Source: Escherichia phage UPEC01
Sequence record: MW233709
Strand: one strand, 5' to 3'
DNA: 64,000 nucleotides
The position numbers and the translations under genes are program-made. Within the stretch, counting starts at the first letter, position 1; every line of letters starts with the position of its first letter. Under the pieces are notes generated by a model that was not told the origin of the DNA, made no database searches, and saw only the letters and a program-made list of their open reading frames with translations. Shown here in pieces: positions 10,007-19,739 of the stretch.

Positions 10007-10242
10007 TGAAACTTACAAATACCATGGTTTCATTGGAATATGAAACCAATAATCATATTCTTGAAATTAAGATATTTGATGACAGAAGTATATTTGCTGA
10101 TTACAGGGGATACAGAATCCGCCTGGAAAAGGAACAGCTTAAAGATGTTGAGCTTTTTAAAGAAACATTAAAAAGTTGTGGGTGTAAACTGAAAAATACT
10201 CAAGTCCAAGAATTAATTTCTACCATCAACAAATACTGGTGA
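10006..10242 (+). CDS. hypothetical protein
   Basis: ATGA-coupled ORF. Confidence 0.5.
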   Translation: MKLTNTMVSLEYETNNHILEIKIFDDRSIFADYRGYRIRLEKEQLKDVELFKETLKSCGCKLKNTQVQELISTINKYW

Positions 10243-10246
10243 TATT

Positions 10247-10429
10247 ATGTTAACTACTGAACAAATTGAAAAAATTATTAAACTCGCCTGGCATATTGAA
10301 AATGCATCTAATGACCTGGCAGTGGAATTATGTGAAGGCTATTCATATTCTGGAATAGAACAGTGTAAGCGTGATTTGAATAGTTCTAAAGCTAATTTGG
10401 TTGAATATCTGAATGGGTTGAAAGCATAA
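10247..10429 (+). CDS. hypothetical protein
   Basis: Intact ORF. Confidence 0.45.
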   Translation: MLTTEQIEKIIKLAWHIENASNDLAVELCEGYSYSGIEQCKRDLNSSKANLVEYLNGLKA

Positions 10430-10686
10430 TGGCTGTTGGATTTGCAAAAGATGGCGCTGAACAGTTAGAGATGGAAGCGGTTGTACAAGCCGCTATCACC
10501 CATGCGAGAGCACAGGTTGCAGTTGAAAGGGAGTCTGCTGAATTCTGTTTTGACTGCGACGAAAAAATTCCTGAAGCGCGGAGACAAGCGATTAAGGGTG
10601 TGATATATTGTGTTGGTTGTCAATCAATGCATGATGAAATTTTTAAACGTGAGCCACGTAACTGTTGGCATAGGAGCATGAGATGA
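10429..10686 (+). CDS. TraR/DksA-type C4 zinc-finger protein (candidate)
   Basis: CFDCDEKIPEARRQAIKGVIYCVGC motif. Confidence 0.55.
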   Translation: MAVGFAKDGAEQLEMEAVVQAAITHARAQVAVERESAEFCFDCDEKIPEARRQAIKGVIYCVGCQSMHDEIFKREPRNCWHRSMR

Positions 10687-10777
10687 TTTACTATCTTGAA
10701 CCTTGGGCTTGGTTAATAATGGCTGTAGGGCCTGTTTTAATTGGTTTATTCTTTTCATGGTTAGCGAGGAAACTGTA

Positions 10778-10993
10778 ATGTTATACGACCCAAGTGGTAA
10801 TTCTGAAAATGGTGTGATTGTTCTGGAGCCTGAGCATCCGACTGGTGAGGTGTACCGTACCGTTGAAGTGTGTGAATGTAATTTCGTTGAAGGAAATACC
10901 GGTGGGATTTCCATTGAGCAAGATGATGATGTTATTTACCTGGATGCAAGCCAAGTAGAAGCTCTTTATAGTATTTTAAAACATAACCGTTAA
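10778..10993 (+). CDS. hypothetical protein
   Basis: GAGGA SD before ATG 10778. Confidence 0.5.
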   Translation: MLYDPSGNSENGVIVLEPEHPTGEVYRTVEVCECNFVEGNTGGISIEQDDDVIYLDASQVEALYSILKHNR

Positions 10994-11005
10994 GAGGAAA
11001 TTAAA

Positions 11006-11560
11006 ATGATTATTGAAAAATCTGGGTTGTTTGGTGACCTGACTGCCGATGTAATTGATAATGCAATCGTGCTTAAACAAGAAGATGATACAGTCGTTTT
11101 AACCATTCAAGATATTCAGAACCTGTACAAGTTGTCTGTTATTGATGCAGAGCAGTATATTCGAACTCATAATCGTGTCTTTAAAATTAACGATGAAGTT
11201 GTGGCTTGGTTGTATCGAGGTGAAAATGGCTTTAATCTGGAAACCGAATGGGCTTGTTTATCCATTAAAAACCGTTCAGAATTTTTAGAGAAAATTTTTA
11301 AACTGTTCCAAGAAGAGTGTGTACCTGAGCTCGAATGGAAAATCCCTGGTTGTGATGCTATTATGCATTCAAGCGAAACCTTTGAAGGTGATGAAGAAGG
11401 TGATTATAATACTGAATTCAGTGTCCACCAACATCAAGGTCGCGATATGTTATCTATCATCCAGACCCACGATGGTGAAGCTGAAGTAGTATTCACTAAA
11501 GACGAATTAAAAGTTCTGGTAAAATACCTGAACACTGTTATCCCAACTATGAACGCATAA
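11006..11560 (+). CDS. hypothetical protein
   Basis: Intact 184-aa ORF. Confidence 0.55.
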   Translation: MIIEKSGLFGDLTADVIDNAIVLKQEDDTVVLTIQDIQNLYKLSVIDAEQYIRTHNRVFKINDEVVAWLYRGENGFNLETEWACLSIKNRSEFLEKIFKLFQEECVPELEWKIPGCDAIMHSSETFEGDEEGDYNTEFSVHQHQGRDMLSIIQTHDGEAEVVFTKDELKVLVKYLNTVIPTMNA

Positions 11561-11569
11561 GGAATTACA

Positions 11570-12022
11570 ATGATTATTAATGAAAACGCCTGGCACGTTA
11601 AATTACACGACCGTTTTTATGGCCATTATTCTCGCCCACACTCTTTGTGTGCTTACTTCTGGAAAATTGTATGGGTCTGCTTTATTTGTTCTGTGCTTGC
11701 AGGTAGTACAATCTTCGCCTTAACTGTTGCAGGTGCTGGTGTATTGGAGCAGTTCTTTGTATTAAGTACTCCTGTTGGTTTAGGGTTAGGGTTTATTTTA
11801 GGATTAGCTACAATGGCTCTTATTTTGGCGGTAGCATTTGGTTTAATATATGGTCTAATGAATTTATGGGCCTGGTATGATTTACGTAAAGAAGAAAAAG
11901 AATGGGAACGAATTAAAGCCAAACGCGAAGGAAAGGAAATTAAAGAAAACGTTTTCATTCAATATATCAAAGCTCGTAAATCTAAGATGTGTCCGGTAAT
12001 CCATTTTGAGGCGAAGAAATGA
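11570..12022 (+). CDS. hypothetical multi-pass membrane protein
   Basis: Hydrophobic helices (VWVCFICSVLAGSTIFALTVAGAGVL; LGLGFILGLATMALILAVAFGLIYGL); stop overlaps next start. Confidence 0.55.
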   Translation: MIINENAWHVKLHDRFYGHYSRPHSLCAYFWKIVWVCFICSVLAGSTIFALTVAGAGVLEQFFVLSTPVGLGLGFILGLATMALILAVAFGLIYGLMNLWAWYDLRKEEKEWERIKAKREGKEIKENVFIQYIKARKSKMCPVIHFEAKK

Positions 12023-13029
12023 GAACAGTTATGAAAGGCTACTTCGGTAGCCATCTTTATGGAACAAGTACTCCTGAATCTGATGTCGATTTTAAGGAAA
12101 TCTTTGTTCCACACCCACGTGATATTCTGTTAGGTACGGCTATGAACCATACCAACTTGAACACGAATAATACGGCATCCAAAAACACTAAAGACGATGT
12201 TGACCACGAGCTTTATAGTCTGAAATATTTCTTTAAACTGGCGGCTGAAGGCGAAACTGTTGCTCTGGACATGATTCACACTCCGGCTAACCTGGTAGTC
12301 AAATCCGATTTACCAGATGTATGGAAATTTATCCAAGACAACCGTTCACGGTTCTATACGACCAACATGAAAGCATATTTGGGGTACGTCCGTAAGCAAG
12401 CTTCAAAATATGGTGTTAAAGGTTCTAGACTGGCTGCTTTACGTGGTGTACTGGCAATTGTTAACCAGATTCCTGAACAGTGGGTTGACTACCAAGAAGA
12501 TGGTTCGACTAAACAACGTCGCACTAAAGTTGAAGATATTAAGCATCGTCTTCCAGAGAACGAATTCTGCGAATGGGTATTCCATAACCATGAGAAAACT
12601 GGCCCTCAAACGTTTTATACTGTTCTCGGTCGCAAATACCAAACTACTTTGTCATTAATCGAGCTTAAGCAATCTCTGAATAAACTTGATGCCGAATATG
12701 GTGAACGCGCTCGTAAGGCAGAAGCCAATGAAGGTATTGACTGGAAAGCTCTGAGCCATGCTTATCGTGCTGGATACCAGTTGAAGGAAATCTATCAAAC
12801 TGGTGACCTGGTTTATCCGCTCAAAAACGCTTCTATTATTAAAGCAATCAAAGCTGGCGATATGCCTTTCAAAGTAGTCCAAGGCCTGTTGGAAAATACT
12901 GTCGATGAAGTCGAAGTCCTGGCTATCCAGGCCCATAAGAACGGTATGCCTGAGAAGGTAGACATGAAGTTCTGGGACAAGTTCGTTGAAGAGGTATACC
13001 TTGACAACCACAATTCCTATTATCGTTAA
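12019..13029 (+). CDS. Pol-beta superfamily nucleotidyltransferase (family unresolved)
   Basis: GS..YG..(11)..SDVDF motif near N-terminus; 336 aa; translationally coupled to upstream membrane protein. Confidence 0.6.
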   Translation: MRTVMKGYFGSHLYGTSTPESDVDFKEIFVPHPRDILLGTAMNHTNLNTNNTASKNTKDDVDHELYSLKYFFKLAAEGETVALDMIHTPANLVVKSDLPDVWKFIQDNRSRFYTTNMKAYLGYVRKQASKYGVKGSRLAALRGVLAIVNQIPEQWVDYQEDGSTKQRRTKVEDIKHRLPENEFCEWVFHNHEKTGPQTFYTVLGRKYQTTLSLIELKQSLNKLDAEYGERARKAEANEGIDWKALSHAYRAGYQLKEIYQTGDLVYPLKNASIIKAIKAGDMPFKVVQGLLENTVDEVEVLAIQAHKNGMPEKVDMKFWDKFVEEVYLDNHNSYYR

Positions 13030-13034
13030 ATTCT

Positions 13035-13060
13035 AAGGACCCTTCGGGGTCCTTTTTTAT
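13035..13060 (+). terminator. rho-independent terminator
   Basis: AAGGACCC-TTCG-GGGTCCTT then T-run. Confidence 0.65.
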
Positions 13061-13071
13061 TTTAAAAAGTA

Positions 13072-13142
13072 GTGTACAACCAGATGGTCATGAGGCATAA
13101 TGATTCCATACTGAGTTAACAAATAAACAAACGGAGAATAAA
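13072..13142 (+). promoter_or_regulatory. early promoter cassette (CCATACTGAGTTA leader variant)
   Basis: GTGTACAA 13072-13079, CATAATG 13096-13102, leader TTCCATACTGAGTTA. Confidence 0.5.
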
Positions 13143-13349
13143 ATGTTAGAATTAATCAAAGCTGCTGGTGAAAAAGGTCTGATGGTTAACACTCGTGACC
13201 CAGAACAACGTCAAGCATTTGGTGAGTTAAAAGCCAAAGGTCTGGTTAAAGCATCCCTTGGTATTGGTAATGCTTTGCGTGTGACTTTGACCCCTGCAGG
13301 TAAAGCAATGTTCTTCCCTAAACCATTACCAAAACGTCGTCGCAAGTGA
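13143..13349 (+). CDS. hypothetical basic protein
   Basis: ATG after GGAGAATAAA leader. Confidence 0.5.
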   Translation: MLELIKAAGEKGLMVNTRDPEQRQAFGELKAKGLVKASLGIGNALRVTLTPAGKAMFFPKPLPKRRRK

Positions 13350-13355
13350 GGAATT

Positions 13356-13658
13356 ATGAAAAAGTATGAACTTGACATGATTGAGGCATGTCTGAAATCT
13401 GCTGACCATTTTAAGTTGAAAATGCACAAGTTAAGAGGAATGGTCAAAACTTCAGAAGAGAAGAAGCGATATGCTCTGAAGGAGAAATGTAAAGCTCTTA
13501 TCATGATGGATAAGCTGCAAATGGTCGCCGCAGAAGCTCACAGGACACGTAAGGCTGAGGCCCTTGGTGTTTATATGGCAGAGCAGCTTCATCGTGCCCA
13601 GCAAGCCGTTAAGAGCGTCTGGTTCAGCGGTGAAAATACTGAAAGAACTTTTAATTAA
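13356..13658 (+). CDS. hypothetical protein
   Basis: GAGG SD; intact ORF. Confidence 0.5.
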   Translation: MKKYELDMIEACLKSADHFKLKMHKLRGMVKTSEEKKRYALKEKCKALIMMDKLQMVAAEAHRTRKAEALGVYMAEQLHRAQQAVKSVWFSGENTERTFN

Positions 13659-13660
13659 AT

Positions 13661-13726
13661 GTGTACATAGTATGGGGATAGACGTATAATGTTCCCATAC
13701 TGAGTTACCAAATACTGGAGAATAAA
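13661..13726 (+). promoter_or_regulatory. early promoter cassette (CCATACTGAGTTA leader variant)
   Basis: GTGTACAT, TATAATG, TTCCCATACTGAGTTA. Confidence 0.5.
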
Positions 13727-14251
13727 ATGGAAGCCAAATCAATCTTTAATCTGATTAATTACAATAATGGTAATTTTAAATCAGAAGCACAAAGTAAGTT
13801 CTTTAATGATGTTGCTTGTGCAGGCGAGATTACAGTATCAGGTGGTCAGACTTATAAAAACGCCTGGAACTGGATTGTGACTGTTGATTCAGTTGGTATT
13901 GTTGATGTGTATAAAAACACCAACAAAAACCGCTCTTTGTTCTGGTCAAGAGAGACTAATGCAGAATATCAAGCGGCAAGAGCAAAGAAAAATATGCCTA
14001 CTGAATCTGATGTACAAAACATCAAATCAGATATCCAATATTATGATGGTCTGATTGCTGAACAACAAGCAGTGCTTGATAAGTTCAATGAAATCAAAGC
14101 ATGTAAAGAGATTCCTGAATTCATGCGGGAATCAGTTAATGAACAATACAATCTCACTTCAGAGCGTATTGAAACCTATACCAAACAAAGAGCAGAGCGC
14201 CAGGTACTCCTTCAGAAGTTTGAAGAGCGTTTAAAGACGGTTCTCGCATAA
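13727..14251 (+). CDS. hypothetical protein
   Basis: Intact ORF after cassette. Confidence 0.55.
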   Translation: MEAKSIFNLINYNNGNFKSEAQSKFFNDVACAGEITVSGGQTYKNAWNWIVTVDSVGIVDVYKNTNKNRSLFWSRETNAEYQAARAKKNMPTESDVQNIKSDIQYYDGLIAEQQAVLDKFNEIKACKEIPEFMRESVNEQYNLTSERIETYTKQRAERQVLLQKFEERLKTVLA

Positions 14252-14277
14252 ACGCTTTATACCAAGGATGGTATAAT
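14251..14277 (+). promoter_or_regulatory. middle-promoter-like element (MotA-box-like CGCTTTA, CAAGGATG spacer, TATAAT)
   Basis: CGCTTTA 14253-14259, 12-nt spacer, TATAAT 14272-14277. Confidence 0.4.
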
Positions 14278-14314
14278 GGTTCTGACCTTTGATTAATCTA
14301 TTGAGGAAATTATT

Positions 14315-15166
14315 ATGTCACAAGCAATTAATGAAATTCGTTCTGAAGTTAAAAACGCTGTTAAATTCACAGGACGTATTCCAAGCACTAAAGATGTGGT
14401 TTTAAATGTTCTGTATATGATGTGGAATAAGTTCAATGTTTGTACTAATTCTGCTGAATTCACTAAAATCTTTGAAAAGACCAAAGGCCTTCTTACATTA
14501 GAAGACCGAGTCATGAAATCTCTTCATCGTTCGGGTATGTTGTCTCGCGCTAATGCCAAAATTATTCTTAAAAAATATAACAAAGGTTACGACCTTTATG
14601 GTCGTGCGATTAGCACCATGACGTTTGATGAAGTGGTTAAAGACCTTTGGAAGAACCAACGCCGTTTGCTGGCGCTTGGTGCGCGTCTTGCGAGTGGTCA
14701 AGATAAACAAATGACCTTTAAAACCAATAATTCTTTAGATTATAAACTATTTAATGTTATTAAAGGTCAAAATGAAGGTGAATACAGTATTTCTTCTTTT
14801 AGTGGATGTCAATACGAAAACTGGAAATTCCATCTTCGTTTGGCGTTGTCTGTACTGGAATGTCATGGTGTTCTTACCTTTTATGATGTTCAAACTGGAG
14901 GCGTCCAGCGTATTAAATTATGTCAAATTAAAGACCAAGTTGAAGTCGAGAGTCCTTCAGAACAAGCTCCTAAAATGGAACCTGTTCCAGTGCGAAGCAA
15001 TGAAAAATATTCAGAGCAAATTGAGCTTTTCACTAAACAGATTGAAGAACTTAACATCACCATCCAGCAACAAGATGATGAAATTTTCCGCCTGACAGGA
15101 TTGAACAGTGCAGCGAAAGCTGAACGTCAGAAACTGATGAACGTTATTGAATTACTTAAGGATTAA
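14315..15166 (+). CDS. hypothetical protein with C-terminal coiled-coil-like segment
   Basis: Intact 283-aa ORF; heptad-like C-terminus. Confidence 0.55.
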   Translation: MSQAINEIRSEVKNAVKFTGRIPSTKDVVLNVLYMMWNKFNVCTNSAEFTKIFEKTKGLLTLEDRVMKSLHRSGMLSRANAKIILKKYNKGYDLYGRAISTMTFDEVVKDLWKNQRRLLALGARLASGQDKQMTFKTNNSLDYKLFNVIKGQNEGEYSISSFSGCQYENWKFHLRLALSVLECHGVLTFYDVQTGGVQRIKLCQIKDQVEVESPSEQAPKMEPVPVRSNEKYSEQIELFTKQIEELNITIQQQDDEIFRLTGLNSAAKAERQKLMNVIELLKD

Positions 15167-15250
15167 TAATGGAATGGCTTGCTGTTCTTGGTTATGTAAT
15201 TGCCGCCACAGGTATTCTGTGGCTTATATTCTCAAATATTGTAGGTTAAT

Positions 15251-15466
15251 ATGGAAATCGTAGGTTTTATTCTCCTTTACTTTGTGCTAGGATTCATGAC
15301 GACCATTATCATTCATAAATCGGGTGATTGGAATCCAATCGAAATTGAATCAAGCTATGACGCAGTATTCATTACACTAGTATGGCCTCTGCTTTGGTTT
15401 GTTTGGGCAATTATGATGGTGTTTTGGCCTATTGCTAAATTCTATGAAAAATTATTTGGACTATGA
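15251..15466 (+). CDS. hypothetical membrane protein
   Basis: Two hydrophobic helices. Confidence 0.5.
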   Translation: MEIVGFILLYFVLGFMTTIIIHKSGDWNPIEIESSYDAVFITLVWPLLWFVWAIMMVFWPIAKFYEKLFGL

Positions 15467-15467
15467 T

Positions 15468-16349
15468 ATGAAAATTAAAACACGTAAAGAATATTCTCGA
15501 TTTGAACAGCGTGAAGGACGTGCAACCCGTCTTATCGCGATGAATTCTCTGGTTAACTTTGGCAAAATTAAATCAGGTTCTGCCACCCAGGGTTATGGCC
15601 AACGTATTGTAAGAATTAACTCTCTGAATGATTACTGCCGCCGCCCGGCGTTTTTGTTTGGTGCTACGGTTCGTAAGAGCATCAAGGAACTCCTGGCAGC
15701 TGGACTTCGTATTCGTAAAGCTCCGGTTAACATCAAGAACTATAATTTCAATTCCAGTAACTTGATTATCAATATCAAGAATGATGGCGTGCAGATTAAG
15801 TTCAAGCCAACCACCAAGGGCGATGTTGCTCTTTGTGATACCTTTAAAGAGGTTATGGGTATTGCACTGTTTTATATGCGTTATGCCGTTGAAGCATACA
15901 CGTTTGAAGAAGATACAAATTATATCCATCAAACAGAAAAATTCCTTAAAACTATAGTCATTGATATTAAATTAACTAAAGAATATCTTTTGTCTTATGC
16001 TCCTTATCAAGAGAAAAAGGAACCAGAAATGGCGGAACGTATCCCTACTGCATCATATGGTCCAGCATTTGCGGGTCAGTTTAAATCTTATGACCAGGCT
16101 AAAATTTCGCCACTGGACGTTAAAAACATGTACAAATGGAAAGTCCAACCATCCAGCTCTCTTGAAATCTTTAACCCACCAATGAAGCCTATTGAGAGCT
16201 ATCATGCTGATGCTATCCAGGAATCAGTTAACCGCTTAAATGGTCTGATTGAAGATGAGAAAAAGGGTATCCAGGATGTCCTGAATCGCATCAAGAACAT
16301 GGAAACGCAACGCAATAAATTGCAAGCTGCAATCAAAGCATTAAAATAA
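15468..16349 (+). CDS. hypothetical protein with C-terminal coiled-coil-like segment
   Basis: In-frame ATG 15468 just after upstream stop; earlier ATGs overlap previous gene. Confidence 0.55.
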   Translation: MKIKTRKEYSRFEQREGRATRLIAMNSLVNFGKIKSGSATQGYGQRIVRINSLNDYCRRPAFLFGATVRKSIKELLAAGLRIRKAPVNIKNYNFNSSNLIINIKNDGVQIKFKPTTKGDVALCDTFKEVMGIALFYMRYAVEAYTFEEDTNYIHQTEKFLKTIVIDIKLTKEYLLSYAPYQEKKEPEMAERIPTASYGPAFAGQFKSYDQAKISPLDVKNMYKWKVQPSSSLEIFNPPMKPIESYHADAIQESVNRLNGLIEDEKKGIQDVLNRIKNMETQRNKLQAAIKALK

Positions 16350-16407
16350 TGTTTACTTCCAAGGATGGAGGGAGTATAATGAATTCCTACTTTATGAGGA
16401 GAACACT

Positions 16408-17397
16408 ATGACACGTAACGAATATATCCAGGCCTTTAACGCAACTATCGACACAAAAGTAAAACCATTAATAGGCGAATTGGCTATCCTTTTAATTATC
16501 AATTATTGGTTAAATCAGATTGACTCGACGATTGTTGCATCTGGGCGCTTCAAGAAAGACATTGCAACTATTGCGAGTCGTGCTGGTAACGATGATATCA
16601 AGAAAACTTTTAAAAGTTCCCGAGTCCTGGCATACCTGGTTAATAAAGACCTTCTTAATAAGTTTGGTGTTGAATCCAGGCGTGGTAAAGGTACAATTGG
16701 ATATCATTGGTTTGGCGATGTTGAAAAATACTATCTTGATAAACAAGGCTATACTGCTTCTGAATTCGCAAATTGTTGGGCTCGTGAATTCAGAGATAAC
16801 AAAATGTCTATCATCAAATCAGCGACAAAAATGATGGATGGTGATTACCGCACTATCTGCCATTTGGCAGAGCACATGATAAATGTTAAAGAGTCTGGCG
16901 AAAACCAGGTAATTATTACAGTTAAGTATGAATTCTTTACGCCAGTGGCTACTCCAGAAAATGTCAAAAAGTATCTTGATGCTGCGAGCGCGCTTACTTC
17001 ACAGCTGCAGTGCGCCCTTAACTATATGCGCACTGTTGAAAAAATTAAAGTAGACCCTATCACCAGTACTCATGGTTGGAAAGGTTGGAAAATTGTGGCG
17101 ACATTGCGTGAAGTTAAATGTGCAAAACAACCAACTGTTGCAGAAATTTATAAAAAGAAAAGTGAGGAAATTATGAATGCACCACAAGAAACCACCCTTG
17201 AAGACCTGATTGATAATCTGAATAATGAGCCAGTGGAACAAAAAGCGCCTGAAATTGTTGCTCTGGAAATGGCGTATAATAAAGCTCTTGCTGTTAATAA
17301 AAAGGCAACTGAAGACTATACCAAAGCCAAGCGACTTTGGGAAGAATCAACTAATCGTCTGGATAAACTGGAACAGGCTCTGGAGCTGCTGAAATGA
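16408..17397 (+). CDS. hypothetical protein with C-terminal coiled-coil-like segment
   Basis: GAGG SD; intact 329-aa ORF. Confidence 0.55.
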   Translation: MTRNEYIQAFNATIDTKVKPLIGELAILLIINYWLNQIDSTIVASGRFKKDIATIASRAGNDDIKKTFKSSRVLAYLVNKDLLNKFGVESRRGKGTIGYHWFGDVEKYYLDKQGYTASEFANCWAREFRDNKMSIIKSATKMMDGDYRTICHLAEHMINVKESGENQVIITVKYEFFTPVATPENVKKYLDAASALTSQLQCALNYMRTVEKIKVDPITSTHGWKGWKIVATLREVKCAKQPTVAEIYKKKSEEIMNAPQETTLEDLIDNLNNEPVEQKAPEIVALEMAYNKALAVNKKATEDYTKAKRLWEESTNRLDKLEQALELLK

Positions 17398-17711
17398 AAC
17401 AACGTTTAGCTGAAGATATTGCTTCAGCATCTAATACAGGTTTATTGGAATTTATTAAAGAAGCCGACCTTGCTGAAGTTGAACTGAATGGTAAGATTCA
17501 TGGCTGTGATGATTATAGCCAAGATATTCCTGATTGGAATGCTATTATTAAAATTGTCGAACGTCGTGAAAAAGCTTCTAAGAACGTTCCGAACTGTCCT
17601 ATGTGTGGAACCGAACAGGTCCAGTTGGTTCAATGGCGGCATAATCCGCTTCAATATAAATGCAGACATTGTAAACACCGATTTGAGCGAGAAGAAAATG
17701 GCAAAGCGTAA
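17394..17711 (+). CDS. hypothetical zinc-ribbon protein
   Basis: CPMCG...CRHCKH. Confidence 0.5.
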   Translation: MKQRLAEDIASASNTGLLEFIKEADLAEVELNGKIHGCDDYSQDIPDWNAIIKIVERREKASKNVPNCPMCGTEQVQLVQWRHNPLQYKCRHCKHRFEREENGKA

Positions 17712-17940
17712 AGAATATGTTGAGACCGCTGAAAGAGTGGTCCGTGAATTAACTCTGGCTTATTATAAAGAACACGGTAAACTTCCGGATAGTTATTCAG
17801 TATTGAAATCTGCTTTAACTCGTTCATATAATAATATGCGTTCAGAAGTTTATGGTATTATGGTCAAACATAAAGAACAAACCGGTCAATACCCCGATTA
17901 TACTGAGACCTTCAAACAAGTATTAGGAATTAAGGAATAA
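17695..17940 (+). CDS. hypothetical protein
   Basis: ORF overlapping upstream stop. Confidence 0.45.
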   Translation, partial: KMAKRKEYVETAERVVRELTLAYYKEHGKLPDSYSVLKSALTRSYNNMRSEVYGIMVKHKEQTGQYPDYTETFKQVLGIKE

Positions 17941-17941
17941 T

Positions 17942-18205
17942 ATGTTTAAAGTATATGGTTACGATTCATCTATCCATCGCTGTGTTTTCTGTGATAATGC
18001 AAAACGTTTACTTGACGTTAAAAAACAACCTTACGAATTCATTAACGTTATGCCTGAAAAAGGTGTGTTTGATGATGAGAAGATTGCTCAACTCCTGGTT
18101 GCGCTTGGTCGCGAATCCCAAATTGGTTTGACCATGCCGCAAGTATTTGCCCCTGATGGAAGTCATATTGGTGGCTTCGACCAACTGCGAGCTTATTTTA
18201 AATGA
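17942..18205 (+). CDS. nrdC: glutaredoxin/thioredoxin (T4 NrdC-like)
   Basis: Near-identical to recalled T4 NrdC (MFKVYGYDS..CVFCDNAKRLL...). Confidence 0.9.
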   Translation: MFKVYGYDSSIHRCVFCDNAKRLLDVKKQPYEFINVMPEKGVFDDEKIAQLLVALGRESQIGLTMPQVFAPDGSHIGGFDQLRAYFK

Positions 18206-18369
18206 TTGAATTATTGTTGGGTGTTTTGTATCTTATCATCGGTATTGGTTATGCTAAGACCCTAGCTAAATTAGATGATTTCGGTGCAGGTGACTTTTGT
18301 TGGTGGCTGACGTCTATGATTTGTTGGCCTTTATTTCTGGTTGGTGCTTCATTCTGGAACTTTAAATGA
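18202..18369 (+). CDS. hypothetical small membrane protein (55 aa; not in ORF track)
   Basis: ATGA overlap with nrdC stop; hydrophobic. Confidence 0.4.
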   Translation: MIELLLGVLYLIIGIGYAKTLAKLDDFGAGDFCWWLTSMICWPLFLVGASFWNFK

Positions 18370-18554
18370 CCGAATTTGATATGGCTTATGAAACCTGCGC
18401 AAGAGAGTTCACAAGAGAGTTTGATACTCCTGCGCTTAGTAAAGAAACCGTATTGGCAAATCTCCCGGATTGGTTAAAAGAAGAAGCCAACAAATGGGGT
18501 TGGACTGATACTTGTGTACGCGACCAGCTATTTGAATTTATGGTGGAATTATGA
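18366..18554 (+). CDS. hypothetical protein
   Basis: ATGA-coupled ORF. Confidence 0.45.
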   Translation: MTEFDMAYETCAREFTREFDTPALSKETVLANLPDWLKEEANKWGWTDTCVRDQLFEFMVEL

Positions 18555-18859
18555 GTGAATTAGACGGACAAACAATTTATCTGGGTGACGGTAAAGAAGA
18601 CGACCTGGAATATAAACTCTATGAATATATGGTAGCCTTGGCGAAAGAAGAAGGTATTGACTTTGCTGTGGCTAACCCGTATGGCGAGAACACTGTTGTA
18701 ATCGGCGGCACTGCTTATGAAGTCCAATGGCAATATGTTGGACTTGAATCTGAAATATACGAAGAAGATAAGCATGGCGATTGGCATCCGGTTGGTCCTT
18801 GGTACTGGGACGACGGCGAGCCTGATTTTGAAGTATCAAGCTATTGGAGTGACCAATGA
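18551..18859 (+). CDS. hypothetical acidic protein
   Basis: ATGA-coupled ORF. Confidence 0.5.
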   Translation: MSELDGQTIYLGDGKEDDLEYKLYEYMVALAKEEGIDFAVANPYGENTVVIGGTAYEVQWQYVGLESEIYEEDKHGDWHPVGPWYWDDGEPDFEVSSYWSDQ

Positions 18860-19176
18860 CTATTGAAAATGAATTAGATGTTGATGCTGTTTTAAGCGAA
18901 ATCATTGAAGACCATGACGCGTTTACTGAATCATACGAGTTTGAATTTTCGGACTACCTGGTTCCGGTTGAATTAGGCGAATGGACACAAACCGGCAAAT
19001 ACCAATATCGCCAGGCAATTTATTTCAGCAAAAAACATAATGTGCATGTGGCTGTAAACGAAACTCGTACCGGCTCTTATCATACTGACTGGGACCATAC
19101 GGTCCCGACTGTTGAACTGGTTAAGCTCCAAGAACGTGTCGTAACCCAAACTATCAGAGAATGGATTACGCTATAA
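18856..19176 (+). CDS. hypothetical protein
   Basis: ATGA-coupled ORF. Confidence 0.5.
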   Translation: MTIENELDVDAVLSEIIEDHDAFTESYEFEFSDYLVPVELGEWTQTGKYQYRQAIYFSKKHNVHVAVNETRTGSYHTDWDHTVPTVELVKLQERVVTQTIREWITL

Positions 19177-19293
19177 AACCATGGTATACCGCTCGATGGG
19201 AAACTGTCGAGCCAGAGGAACCTGTTTACAACGATTCCGAAATAGATTATAATGAACCTTCAAACAATGATTTAATTGATATGGAGTTTGGAT

Positions 19294-19467
19294 ATGAGTA
19301 CCAAAATTGAAGTTGGCCGTCATAAAGGCCGTCTGATTGAGCATTCGCTTTACGAATTGTCGGATTCTCGTAAGTTACCCGATGAAGAATCTGCTTTAAT
19401 TTTTGCTGCAGCTGACTACATTCATTGGCTTGAAGCCCAACTCCGCTTTTCTGATGAGGCCTTTTAA
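19294..19467 (+). CDS. hypothetical protein
   Basis: GGAG SD 7 nt before ATG 19294. Confidence 0.45.
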   Translation: MSTKIEVGRHKGRLIEHSLYELSDSRKLPDEESALIFAAADYIHWLEAQLRFSDEAF

Positions 19468-19739
19468 TGTTTTTAGAAATTGTTAATATTCATGCTGCGG
19501 CTCAATCAGGTTTTATGAAAGAGCTTCAAGACGCAGGATTTAAAAATGGCGATGTTATCCAGGCGTTAAGACAACGTTTTGACCCTGATGTTGAATGTAA
19601 TGTTTGGGACGTTGTTGAAACAGATGAATACCTTTTTGATACCATAGAAATTGAAGGGTCATGGACCTGTATCACTGAGTATATGATAATTGATAATGGT
19701 AACGTTGACTGCCATTATCCTTGTTTTAGGATTGTTTAA
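19467..19739 (+). CDS. hypothetical protein
   Basis: Intact ORF. Confidence 0.5.
   Translation: MFLEIVNIHAAAQSGFMKELQDAGFKNGDVIQALRQRFDPDVECNVWDVVETDEYLFDTIEIEGSWTCITEYMIIDNGNVDCHYPCFRIV

Noticed and set aside
16349-16380. Promoter-like GTTTAC ... GGAGTATAAT upstream of CDS 16408
   Set aside because: An 18-19-nt spacer and an inserted AGGGAG fit neither promoter class cleanly.
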